From positions 1-24,140 of the IMG/VR virus record IMGVR_UViG_3300035454_001408: DNA of 24,140 nt, one strand, 5' to 3'. The translations under genes and the position numbers were made by a program. Positions 16,293 through 23,868 of this stretch are shown one piece after another; the first letter of the stretch is position 1, and each line of letters begins with the position of its first letter. The stretch comes from a virus. The notes beneath the pieces are model-generated. The model worked only from the letters and a program-made list of their open reading frames with translations, was not told the origin of the DNA and did not search any database.

Positions 16293-16763
16293 TCAGTCCT
16301 CATCGTCATCATTAGTGCCTGGTTGGATTAGTGTAGTGTCGATACGGTTGTCTAGGATGTCTTTGTCCCATTTGTAGGCGAAGGAGAGTAGTTCGGTTTC
16401 CCGTTTTTTCATTGTGGGGTCATCGGCGTTGGTGTCGCCTTCTTTGAGTAGGTTCAGTGTTTCCTTGGCTTGTGTGATTAGTGTTTGACCGTATTCTTGT
16501 TCCACATTAACGAATTGGGTGTCTATTGTTTCTCGGCGGTTCCATAGTAGTCCGGCAGCCCAGTCCGCCACCGCATTATCGAAGTAAGTAACATCCGCCG
16601 GGGTGGAAAAAGTATAATTGCCGAGGTATGCGGATGCTTTGATTTCTGCATTGGTTATTGTGGAGATTATGGCGGCTCCGGTTACGTCGTAGCCGGTTGC
16701 TGTTGGGGGGGTGGTTTTCCATCCGTCTAATCGTTCTAATACTTCGGGGGTGGTGGCAGTCAT
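16293..16763 (-). CDS. Head-tail adaptor (Mu gp36/HK97 gp6-like), 156 aa
   Basis: Helical pattern ITNAEIKASAYLGNY...VADWAAGLLW...AKETLNLLKEG, and position after the capsid cluster. Confidence 0.75.
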   Translation of the reverse strand: MTATTPEVLERLDGWKTTPPTATGYDVTGAAIISTITNAEIKASAYLGNYTFSTPADVTYFDNAVADWAAGLLWNRRETIDTQFVNVEQEYGQTLITQAKETLNLLKEGDTNADDPTMKKRETELLSFAYKWDKDILDNRIDTTLIQPGTNDDDED

Positions 16764-16814
16764 GGTATTTTCCTCATAGTCTGTTTACAAAAAAGAATAA
16801 GATGTGGGGTGTGG

Positions 16815-17141
16815 TTATTCCGGTCCCACTGCCACCCAACTAATAACCGTATCTGCGGGGGTGGTGGAACAAACAAGTGTTCCATTTGCTCCAGGAGTGC
16901 AATTCACTACTAAATAATCGGGGGTTACTGGGGATACTACCCCATAACCAAAACCTACTACGCCGGATAGTCCAGTGGATATGGGTAGTGTTCCGGGACT
17001 GGCAGCGTATACTGTGCCACTACCTCCACGGATAGAATAGTTGGTGGACTGGGCTGTGGGGAAGTTATCTAGTTCGGCTTCTAGTTTTTTCCATTTGTCA
17101 CCGACTCCCATTCTGAGTTGTCTTATTGTTTTACGAGTCAT
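16815..17141 (-). CDS. Small fibre/decoration-like protein with C-terminal gp53/H-lectin-like domain, 108 aa
   Basis: GGAGG RBS; short helical N-terminus and beta C-terminus ending ISWVAVGPE; directly after the capsid gene. Confidence 0.6.
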   Translation of the reverse strand: MTRKTIRQLRMGVGDKWKKLEAELDNFPTAQSTNYSIRGGSGTVYAASPGTLPISTGLSGVVGFGYGVVSPVTPDYLVVNCTPGANGTLVCSTTPADTVISWVAVGPE

Positions 17142-17155
17142 GTGTTAATTCCTCC

Positions 17156-17191
17156 AAAAAAAGTGGGTTGTAAAGGACTATATGTGTCCTT
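17156..17191 (-). terminator. Hairpin + T7 terminator after the major capsid gene
   Basis: 6-bp stem AAGGAC-N7-GTCCTT (17173-17191) overlapping the stop, then CCCACTTTTTTT. Confidence 0.65.
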
Positions 17192-18104
17192 AGATGGCAC
17201 TGGCTTTGTAACAGAAACTGTTAGGCTTCTTAACAGCGTACAAGGTTTCGCCAATGAACTCCACGACCTCGTTGTGTGGATATTTCTGTTCCTTGTACCG
17301 GTAGACGTTAACCATCCGGAAGTTAGGTGACACACTGAATCCTTCGGGTCGGTAGGCGTAGATGTCCATTGGTTTGTAGGCAGGTCTACTATCAAAACCA
17401 AGGTAACTTCCTTCTGCAACTTCGGTACTGTTAGTTACTTCGTGGATTGAGACTCCACGGATTCTGGGTATGTCTTCTTCTCCACGTGGACTGATAGCCC
17501 AGTTACGGTCTATTCCAACCATGTACTGTTCCAGTTCAGAGTAGTTGTCTTCATGGACATAGAGGTCAGTTAATCGGGAACCATAACCTGATACTTTGAA
17601 GGCTTTTTTGAAGTTGATTATGTCCTTAATAGGGTCGGCAGTGTCTTCACTCCATGCTGGGGCTCCATCGACTTCATTTATCTCGTTGGTGGTGTTTTTG
17701 AAGGTGGTAACAATGTCGTTGTTGATTTTCTGTGCCATCACATAACCGATACGTTCGGTGGCTCTCATGAGGTCGTTCACGATTTCGGAACGTTTCATGT
17801 CTCTTTCGGATACTTTCATTTGTAAACCGAAGGGTCGTAGCATCCCTGCTTTCTGAGTTATGGGACTGATCTCGACGGTGGTTAGTTCGGATAATTCACC
17901 AAGGTCTAATGGTTCACCAGTCACTTCATTGGTCACATCTTCACCGGCGGTGGTGAGGTCTTCATGGTAGGTTACTGATACGTTGTCGGTGTAGGTGACG
18001 TTGAACATGTTAATGAAGTCCAAGTCTTCCTCCATCTGTTTGTTTACGATTCCTTCGATGAGGTTTTTTCTTAAAAACTGTTTTGGGGATAATGTTAGGG
18101 TCAT
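17190..18104 (-). CDS. Major capsid protein (HK97 fold), 304 aa
   Basis: E-loop (GELSELTTVEI), spine helix (DLMRATERIGYVMAQKINNDIV) and A-domain (WSEDTADPIKDI...LYVHEDNYSEL); AGGAG RBS. Confidence 0.9.
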   Translation of the reverse strand: MTLTLSPKQFLRKNLIEGIVNKQMEEDLDFINMFNVTYTDNVSVTYHEDLTTAGEDVTNEVTGEPLDLGELSELTTVEISPITQKAGMLRPFGLQMKVSERDMKRSEIVNDLMRATERIGYVMAQKINNDIVTTFKNTTNEINEVDGAPAWSEDTADPIKDIINFKKAFKVSGYGSRLTDLYVHEDNYSELEQYMVGIDRNWAISPRGEEDIPRIRGVSIHEVTNSTEVAEGSYLGFDSRPAYKPMDIYAYRPEGFSVSPNFRMVNVYRYKEQKYPHNEVVEFIGETLYAVKKPNSFCYKASAI

Positions 18105-18118
18105 AATTTATACGCTCC

Positions 18119-18135
18119 TTTTATATACTGTAAAA
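18119..18135 (-). promoter_or_regulatory. Conserved 17-mer TTTTACAGTATATAAAA upstream of the capsid gene
   Basis: 16/17 identical to 22162-22178; contains a TATA-like core. Confidence 0.5.
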
Positions 18136-18165
18136 AATAGATAAAGTCCAATTAGGGTTAGTGTT

Positions 18166-18729
18166 TTAGTCTGCTTGGAACACGAAGTTAGCACCAAATA
18201 GGACGGCAGTCTGTGAACCGGCAGCGGCGTAGGATAATGAAACTGCACTGCCATTGTAAGTGTTGCTCGGTGTTGCAGTGAGGTCTGCGTAGTCTTGGTC
18301 TACCTCAAACTCGTTGTTTTCGTCTTCATCCATTGCCACGGTGTCTCCAGGACTGATGGCTCCAGTGGCTGAGGCAGTGAATGGGTATACTCCCTGTCCG
18401 AAGAATGCAATAGTACCCATCCTCTGCTGTGCAGTGGCAGGGGTTCCCCCACTGGCAGTTACAGTATCGTTCCCTATTGGGGGGTCAATTAAGATTCCGT
18501 GGGCGATATCTTTGTCATTACCCGCAGCGGCTTTTTCCACGATGATTAATCCATTGGTGGTGTGGTCTTTGAGTTTTACGAGGTCGTCTTTTTTGAGTTC
18601 AGCACTGTATACTCCAAGGGTGGTTTCTCCACCGTCGTCGGCTTGGCCAGTGTATTCAGTTCTGGTTCCTTCGTAGAGGTTGCATGGGATTTTGGGTAAA
18701 CTGTCAATGTATTTGTATAGTTTTGCCAT
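18166..18729 (-). CDS. Capsid decoration/cement protein, 187 aa
   Basis: Located between scaffold and capsid genes; beta-rich with AISPGDTV and SLSYAAAG motifs resembling beta-tulip/DUF2190-like cement proteins; AGGAGG RBS. Confidence 0.65.
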   Translation of the reverse strand: MAKLYKYIDSLPKIPCNLYEGTRTEYTGQADDGGETTLGVYSAELKKDDLVKLKDHTTNGLIIVEKAAAGNDKDIAHGILIDPPIGNDTVTASGGTPATAQQRMGTIAFFGQGVYPFTASATGAISPGDTVAMDEDENNEFEVDQDYADLTATPSNTYNGSAVSLSYAAAGSQTAVLFGANFVFQAD

Positions 18730-18744
18730 TTTCTATTCCTCCTA

Positions 18745-19179
18745 TTATAATCGTCCAAAGGCTTTGAGTACTTCTTCAACGGTTGGTTCATTGTCGGTTC
18801 GGGTTTTCTTTGGAGGTTTACGGGTTGCTCCTTTACTGGTGGGTGCCATTGCGTTGAAGAGTACGGTTAGTTCTTCTTTGGACTGGTTTTCTAATGATTT
18901 GCGTAAGACTTTCTGTTTGTCTTCTTCTGCGTTTTCAACGATTTTGTTAAGCATTTCGATTCTTTCGGTTTCGTCCTGTTCCCAGATGGGTTTTAACTGG
19001 GATGTTAGGTCTTTTATTTCTTCTTGTGATTTTTGGTAGAGTTCTTTACCATCTTTGAACTCTTTGGCGAGTTTCTGGTAGGCTGCTCCACCAGTCTGGT
19101 AGTCTTGTTCCAGTTTCTGGAATCGTCCATTGAGGGTGTCGTAGTCTTCCTGTAATTTTTTCAATTTATCTTCGGTCAT
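18745..19179 (-). CDS. Nested in-frame scaffold protein, 144 aa (MTEDKLKKLQEDY...)
   Basis: Internal AAGGAG RBS 7 nt before ATG 19179, exactly at the protease/coiled-coil boundary. Confidence 0.7.
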   Translation of the reverse strand: MTEDKLKKLQEDYDTLNGRFQKLEQDYQTGGAAYQKLAKEFKDGKELYQKSQEEIKDLTSQLKPIWEQDETERIEMLNKIVENAEEDKQKVLRKSLENQSKEELTVLFNAMAPTSKGATRKPPKKTRTDNEPTVEEVLKAFGRL

Positions 19180-19713
19180 CTTATCGCTCCTTAAAAATGG
19201 TTGTATTGATTTTTTGTTCAGTTTAACACTGCAAATCCCAGTATCGGGGTCACGGGCTTCTTTTGTCCAGATTAACCCGTTGTATTTCATGTCGGTGATG
19301 TCGTAATGGTCACCTTCTGGGATGGCTTTTTTAACTAATACTTCGGTGCTAAACCCCTTCTTTGGTGCTATGCCTTTCTCCATGTTCTCGGCTATGTTTC
19401 GCATGAGGTCATGGTATTCTGGTTTGAACACTTCCATCTCAACGTAGCCCCCATTGTATTTGGGGCAGTATCCGGCGTTGGTTATGGTTGCGAAGGATTT
19501 GTCACCGGTTCCTTTGTGTTGTTCGTCTTCTACTTGGTATCCTATTAGGTCTGTGATGGCGTTCCGGATTGATTCTTCCTTGTACTTCCATTTCCCTTCT
19601 CCTACGTCTTTGTAGTCGATTATGCGGGGTGTTTGTACGAGTGCGGTTACTATGGGATTGCCATCTGGGTTTGCGTTGTATAAAAATAGGTCTTGTTTTG
19701 TTTGTGTGGTCAC
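18745..19713 (-). CDS. Prohead maturation protease fused to coiled-coil scaffold, 322 aa
   Basis: His (EDEQH), Ser (KGFSTE) and AR-D motifs of HK97/DUF2213-like proteases, then heptad repeats. GTG 19713 follows a GGAGGTG RBS; ATG 19731 is the alternative start. Confidence 0.75.
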   Translation of the reverse strand: MTTQTKQDLFLYNANPDGNPIVTALVQTPRIIDYKDVGEGKWKYKEESIRNAITDLIGYQVEDEQHKGTGDKSFATITNAGYCPKYNGGYVEMEVFKPEYHDLMRNIAENMEKGIAPKKGFSTEVLVKKAIPEGDHYDITDMKYNGLIWTKEARDPDTGICSVKLNKKSIQPFLRSDKMTEDKLKKLQEDYDTLNGRFQKLEQDYQTGGAAYQKLAKEFKDGKELYQKSQEEIKDLTSQLKPIWEQDETERIEMLNKIVENAEEDKQKVLRKSLENQSKEELTVLFNAMAPTSKGATRKPPKKTRTDNEPTVEEVLKAFGRL

Positions 19714-19764
19714 GTTGGTCACCACCTCCATCAGAAAAAAATAGTAAATCTAAAAAAAGTGAGT

Positions 19765-20601
19765 TTATTCAGCGGTTAATGCGTCTAGGATTGGTAATAA
19801 GAGTAAATCCTTATCATCCTGTCCTAAAATAGTGATTCTTGGGTAGCATCTGCAACCTGTGTGTGGAGGTACTGGGAACTGTGATGGTTTGTATGGGCTG
19901 TTGGCTTCGTACCATCTGCATGTTGGACATACTTTACTATCCCCACGGCTTACCCAGTCTAGTTCTATTTCGTCCTCAAACTCTCGGAAGACATTAAGTT
20001 TCCCTTCGGCGTAGACTACTGTGGCTCCGTAACTTGCCATACGGTCAAGTCGTGTTTTAGCATCCTTAAAGGCACCATTAACATTGACTTTGAATCGGAA
20101 GTCACGTGGAACTTTATACTGTTCGTGTAATGCTTGGAAGTTGATTTGTCCATTTACATTATCCCTTACAGCATTCGCCACACTAATTAGATTCTCACGC
20201 TGTTGCTGTAACGCATATTCAAGTATTCGTGCATCCATCCCTCGGCCAGGGTATAAGCCTATGCTTAGTATCTCTTGACTGGCTGCATTTTCACCAATTC
20301 GGTAAACGTTGTTGAGGATTTGGTTAATCCGTGCTTCACCTTCGGTCTTGAAACTATCAGTTAGGATGTTGATTCGTTGTTTGCGTTGTTCTGGTGTTAG
20401 GTTGGGGTCTTCGGCTACGTCACGGATTGCTAGGTATAGTGTTGATAGTAATAATAGTACTGTGCTTCTGTATTCGTCCTCGAAAAGGGGAGGGGTTCCC
20501 TCGCCGAAACCAGATTCGGGGGTAAAATCTGGAGGGTCATCGGGACTATCTCCAACTGCGTTCTCTAAAAATTTATATACCAAGCGTTCGTCGATCCACA
20601 T
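19765..20601 (-). CDS. Head morphogenesis protein (SPP1 gp7/Mu F-like), 278 aa
   Basis: Signature WVSRGDSKVCPTC...PPHTGCRC, directly after the portal. Confidence 0.9.
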   Translation of the reverse strand: MWIDERLVYKFLENAVGDSPDDPPDFTPESGFGEGTPPLFEDEYRSTVLLLLSTLYLAIRDVAEDPNLTPEQRKQRINILTDSFKTEGEARINQILNNVYRIGENAASQEILSIGLYPGRGMDARILEYALQQQRENLISVANAVRDNVNGQINFQALHEQYKVPRDFRFKVNVNGAFKDAKTRLDRMASYGATVVYAEGKLNVFREFEDEIELDWVSRGDSKVCPTCRWYEANSPYKPSQFPVPPHTGCRCYPRITILGQDDKDLLLLPILDALTAE

Positions 20602-20607
20602 AGTCTT

Positions 20608-22143
20608 TTAACCTCGCAATAACCCATAACCTCTTAGTTGGTTCATTAATTCGTCCACACGTTCATCCACTTGTCCTTGTCCTGCTGCTGCTTGTTTGGC
20701 TAGGTTTTGTATTGGTTGTACCTGTCCTCCTTGGATGGAGGGTGTGAATCGGACTATTTTGCCTTTCTTGTAGTTCTGCTCCTCTGTCATGTAGCGTTTG
20801 AAGTAGGTTTGCATGATTACTTCGGGGTCTGCTCCCATGACTATGAGTTTTTCGGCTATTTGGGCGAGTACGAGTTCGTCTTCGAGTTCTAGTTCCTTGT
20901 ATTTGATAAACACTTTACCTGCTTGGTCTTCATAGCCTGATAGGCGTAGTTCGTGGTCTATTAGGTATTTTTCGAGGTAGTATTTGTTGAACTCTCGGAG
21001 GTATTCTATGACGGTCACCTGTCCTAGGCTACCAGATAGTTGTTCTCTTGCTACTGCTCTGTTGGATGATTGTGATTCAAACCGGCTGTCCGGGGTTAGG
21101 AGGGCTGAGCGTATCTCTTGTTTGAGGTAACTGAGGTATTCTTTGAACTCTGCTACTTTGCCGTTCCCTATCATTTCGGGTTTGGTTCCGTATGGGTAGA
21201 CTATGAGGTCTTTTTTTTCTTTTTCGGCGAATGCATCGGCGATTCCTGCCATTGCCTCGGCTTGTTTGGCTTGTTTTTGTTCTCTGGTGTCGCCGGGGTC
21301 TGCTCCGAAGTTGAATTGTATGTCTTTGTTTCCAACTTCTACTCCGAGGGATACAGCGGCTCTTCTGGCGGCTATGGGCATGGCTCGTTCTATTTCTCTT
21401 TTAATGTAAACGTAATCTAAGACCTTATAGACGAGGGATTGGCCTTCTCCGTCTTGTTCAAAGATTTTAGGCATTATTATCTCGTCTGGTGTGAAGTTTT
21501 CTTCATCTGGAACACCCATAAGAGAGGTTAATGTTTCAAAAGTAGTGTTTTCCCAGTCATCTGGTACGTCGTAACGCATGAATTTCTGTTTATAACCCTT
21601 TATTTCCCCAGTCTGAGGGTCTGTTACTTCCACAAAGTCGTATTCGTCTTCGTCGTATAGGAGGAAGGTTACATTCTGGATGGTTTTGGGGGTTATTGTT
21701 TTGTGTATTAGACATGTGCCGTCCACGCAACATTTTAGATCCATTTCCCACATTATCTGGCCTAAATCCCATTCTCGGCATTTCTCTTTGATGTGTTTAA
21801 CAGCTTCTTTGAGTCGTTTATCCTCATTGGTGTCACTGTCGTCGGTGTGGCCCATTATATCCCACCCAGTGTTGGTGATAATACACTGGCTGATGATGGA
21901 ACTCCATGTAGTGGGGTCTATTTCCATAGCTCGCCTACTGTTTTCTAGTGTTCTTTCTACGAGGATTTGGTCGGTTAGTTGTTTGAGTTCTCTGGTGTCT
22001 GTGCTTCCTTGTTCTTGGCTGTATCCTTGGTAGTGGCCTGTGCGTTCTGTTAGTCCTACTGGTAATTCTTGTATGCTTCGCATACTGTTGTTTAGGATTC
22101 GTGTGGGGTTGAGTCGGTTGGTTAGGGTTTTTATGGGGTTCAT
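20608..22143 (-). CDS. Portal protein, 511 aa
   Basis: Between terL and the gp7-like gene; size and helical pattern fit. Start moved to ATG 22143 (GGTGA 7 nt upstream). Confidence 0.88.
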   Translation of the reverse strand: MNPIKTLTNRLNPTRILNNSMRSIQELPVGLTERTGHYQGYSQEQGSTDTRELKQLTDQILVERTLENSRRAMEIDPTTWSSIISQCIITNTGWDIMGHTDDSDTNEDKRLKEAVKHIKEKCREWDLGQIMWEMDLKCCVDGTCLIHKTITPKTIQNVTFLLYDEDEYDFVEVTDPQTGEIKGYKQKFMRYDVPDDWENTTFETLTSLMGVPDEENFTPDEIIMPKIFEQDGEGQSLVYKVLDYVYIKREIERAMPIAARRAAVSLGVEVGNKDIQFNFGADPGDTREQKQAKQAEAMAGIADAFAEKEKKDLIVYPYGTKPEMIGNGKVAEFKEYLSYLKQEIRSALLTPDSRFESQSSNRAVAREQLSGSLGQVTVIEYLREFNKYYLEKYLIDHELRLSGYEDQAGKVFIKYKELELEDELVLAQIAEKLIVMGADPEVIMQTYFKRYMTEEQNYKKGKIVRFTPSIQGGQVQPIQNLAKQAAAGQGQVDERVDELMNQLRGYGLLRG

Positions 22144-22161
22144 GGTCTTGTTCACCGGAAG

Positions 22162-22178
22162 TTTTATATACTTTAAAA
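22162..22178 (-). promoter_or_regulatory. Conserved 17-mer TTTTAAAGTATATAAAA upstream of the portal gene
   Basis: 16/17 identical to 18119-18135; lies just downstream of a T9 tract. Confidence 0.5.
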
Positions 22179-22222
22179 TTAGATAAATTGTTAGGTAGAT
22201 TTAACATTCATTACATATTCTC

Positions 22223-22234
22223 AAAAAAAAATAG
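22223..22234 (-). terminator. CTA(T)9 oligo-T terminator candidate after terL
   Basis: T9 begins 6 nt after the terL stop; oligo-T tracts are established archaeal terminators. Confidence 0.55.
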
Positions 22235-22236
22235 TA

Positions 22237-23544
22237 TTATCCAAACATGGGTTCTTCCCATTGGATCTTACTCTGAATCTCATCATTAACAGCATACCGC
22301 AAAGCATCAGGACTGTGATCATCACGTTTAACTGGTTTTTCAATACCAAGCTTCTGAGCCTTACTATCCCAACTATAAATCTGCATCTGCTTAATACAAT
22401 CACGTGCCTTACTTTCATGAATACGGATACGGTTATCACGCAACATGTTTTGAACAGTCTTAATGCCCTCTAGTACATCGGGGTTTACTGGTGCGATACT
22501 GAAACCATCCCTCATTAGTTGGTTGTTGAAACTGGTACTGTCGTGGGGTACTACTACCCGGTTACATTGTCTGTTCCCTACAAACCTACTTAACTGTTCG
22601 GATAGTTCACTGTCAGTGTACTGTATATCAGTGGCTCCTGCATCATGGTAAAACTCATCCAATAAATCATAGCAGAGTACCCGGTCACGAGTATCTCCGC
22701 ACCAACGCCGTGCCCAGTACTGGAAGACGGCAACCGTACTAGTACCATAATCAATACTAATAAACTTGTCAATGTAATTCTTTTTAGCCTTGTTGAACGT
22801 ATGATCTTCAATATTGAACATTGGGTAGACTGCTCCTTCGGCACTAACCCATTGTCCGAGGATGTATCGTTGGTAAAACACTCCAGTGTAGGCCCTTTTA
22901 CGGCTTTCCACGTAGTCTTTGGGGAGGTATGGGTTGTCGTCCATTAGGAAGTTCCAAACCTTAAGGTCGCCTTTACGTAATAACTCTTTATTCTTCAAAT
23001 AGTCGGTGTAGAACCAGTGGTAGGGACTGTCAGGGTTGCAGGTAACAAAAACATGACTGCCATCTACACTGCAACGGCTGTATGCCATGTCGAAACCACT
23101 CTTTGGAGCAGTGGTCACCTCATCACTATATAATCCAGCTACCGTCATTCCCTGTATATCATCTGCACTACTCTCATCCTTCAATGCCACGAGGTAGATT
23201 AGTTTATCAACGTCATTGTAGGTGAACTCTAACTCTCCACCCATCATACTGTACCGTATATCTTCATCACGGAAGCCCATACTCATGAGTAACCGTTTAA
23301 GCCCACGGACCACATTACGCTTAATGGTCTTCTGAGATTTACCAGTTACTAAGAACTCATCATAAGGATGCTCCAGGATGTGCTGAAGGAAACGGAAATT
23401 AGCAACAACAGTCTTACCACTCCGTACCGCTCCAACGAGGCAGTTAATATGAGCATCGCTGTTAAACATGAAGTCTGCTTGCTTTGGCGACAACGTTTGC
23501 AGTTCCATGCCTCCAGACTTGTTCTTGCTTCTATCTCTAGCCAT
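22237..23544 (-). CDS. terL: Terminase large subunit (PBSX-like), 435 aa
   Basis: Walker A GAVRSGKT, Walker B LYSDE, coupling motif TCNP, and nuclease motifs SIDYG and DDHSPDALRY. Confidence 0.95.
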   Translation of the reverse strand: MARDRSKNKSGGMELQTLSPKQADFMFNSDAHINCLVGAVRSGKTVVANFRFLQHILEHPYDEFLVTGKSQKTIKRNVVRGLKRLLMSMGFRDEDIRYSMMGGELEFTYNDVDKLIYLVALKDESSADDIQGMTVAGLYSDEVTTAPKSGFDMAYSRCSVDGSHVFVTCNPDSPYHWFYTDYLKNKELLRKGDLKVWNFLMDDNPYLPKDYVESRKRAYTGVFYQRYILGQWVSAEGAVYPMFNIEDHTFNKAKKNYIDKFISIDYGTSTVAVFQYWARRWCGDTRDRVLCYDLLDEFYHDAGATDIQYTDSELSEQLSRFVGNRQCNRVVVPHDSTSFNNQLMRDGFSIAPVNPDVLEGIKTVQNMLRDNRIRIHESKARDCIKQMQIYSWDSKAQKLGIEKPVKRDDHSPDALRYAVNDEIQSKIQWEEPMFG

Positions 23545-23550
23545 GATTAA

Positions 23551-23724
23551 TTACTCCAAATCCTCAGTCCAAGAAACAACATCCACACCACCAAAACACT
23601 CACCACAAAGATAAGCACAATGAATATTCCTAGTTTCCAACCGATAACACCCATAAACAATTTCCTCAACACCCCGCCTCATTTCCCTACCACAATGACC
23701 ACAAACAAAAACATCCTCATCCAT
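23551..23724 (-). CDS. Zn-finger microprotein, 57 aa (MDEDVFVCGHCGREM...HCAYLCGECFGGVDVVSWTEDLE)
   Basis: Not in the ORF track. AGGAGG RBS, two CxxC motifs (CGHC, CGEC), and a stop 6 nt before the terL ATG. Confidence 0.75.
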   Translation of the reverse strand: MDEDVFVCGHCGREMRRGVEEIVYGCYRLETRNIHCAYLCGECFGGVDVVSWTEDLE

Positions 23725-23835
23725 AAAACAAATCCCTCCTTTTTAATTCAGAAATAATAATTAGGGCATACCTAAACAGAAAAGTAAAAGTGAGGTATCA
23801 TCACGTATATCTGCATTTTCTTTTTAGAACAAAGT

Positions 23836-23868
23836 GGGTGGTGGGGGTGGGGTGGGTCCCCTGCCCCC
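23836..23868 (+). other. G-quadruplex motif with adjoining complementary C-tracts
   Basis: GGG-TGGT-GGGGG-T-GGGG-T-GGG followed by CCCC-TG-CCCCC in a non-coding AT-rich region. Confidence 0.7.

Noticed and set aside
17138-17419. 93-aa alternative-frame ORF over the capsid gene 3' end, as a possible frameshifted capsid extension
   Set aside because: A +1 shift would add only about 17 residues and I saw no slippery site. In-frame readthrough to the next gene is blocked by further stops (TAG, TAA).
18830-22143. Recurring hydrophobic-hydrophobic-x-Asn-Ala/Ser motif near termini of head proteins (ILNNS, FLENA, FLYNA, VLFNA) as a protease cleavage consensus
   Set aside because: The same pattern occurs in tail proteins (LILNA, YIFNA, YLFNA, LVFNA), so it is not discriminating without N-terminal proteomics.
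21935-22207. 90-aa basic, low-complexity alternative-frame ORF over the portal 5' end
   Set aside because: A by-product of the portal's A/C-ending codons; it has a weak start context and crosses the putative regulatory gap.
968-23550. The many 60-120-aa + strand and alternative-frame ORFs in the track, other than 10193-10615
   Set aside because: They lie fully within well-supported genes, lack promoter/RBS support or recognisable motifs, and look like shadow frames.
23547-23654. 35-aa very hydrophobic ORF (MGVIGWKLGIFIVLIFVV...) as a holin candidate
   Set aside because: It is the +1 frame of the Zn-finger gene, whose G/T-rich, T-ending codons automatically give hydrophobic residues in that frame. 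It has a weaker RBS and is far from the lysin.
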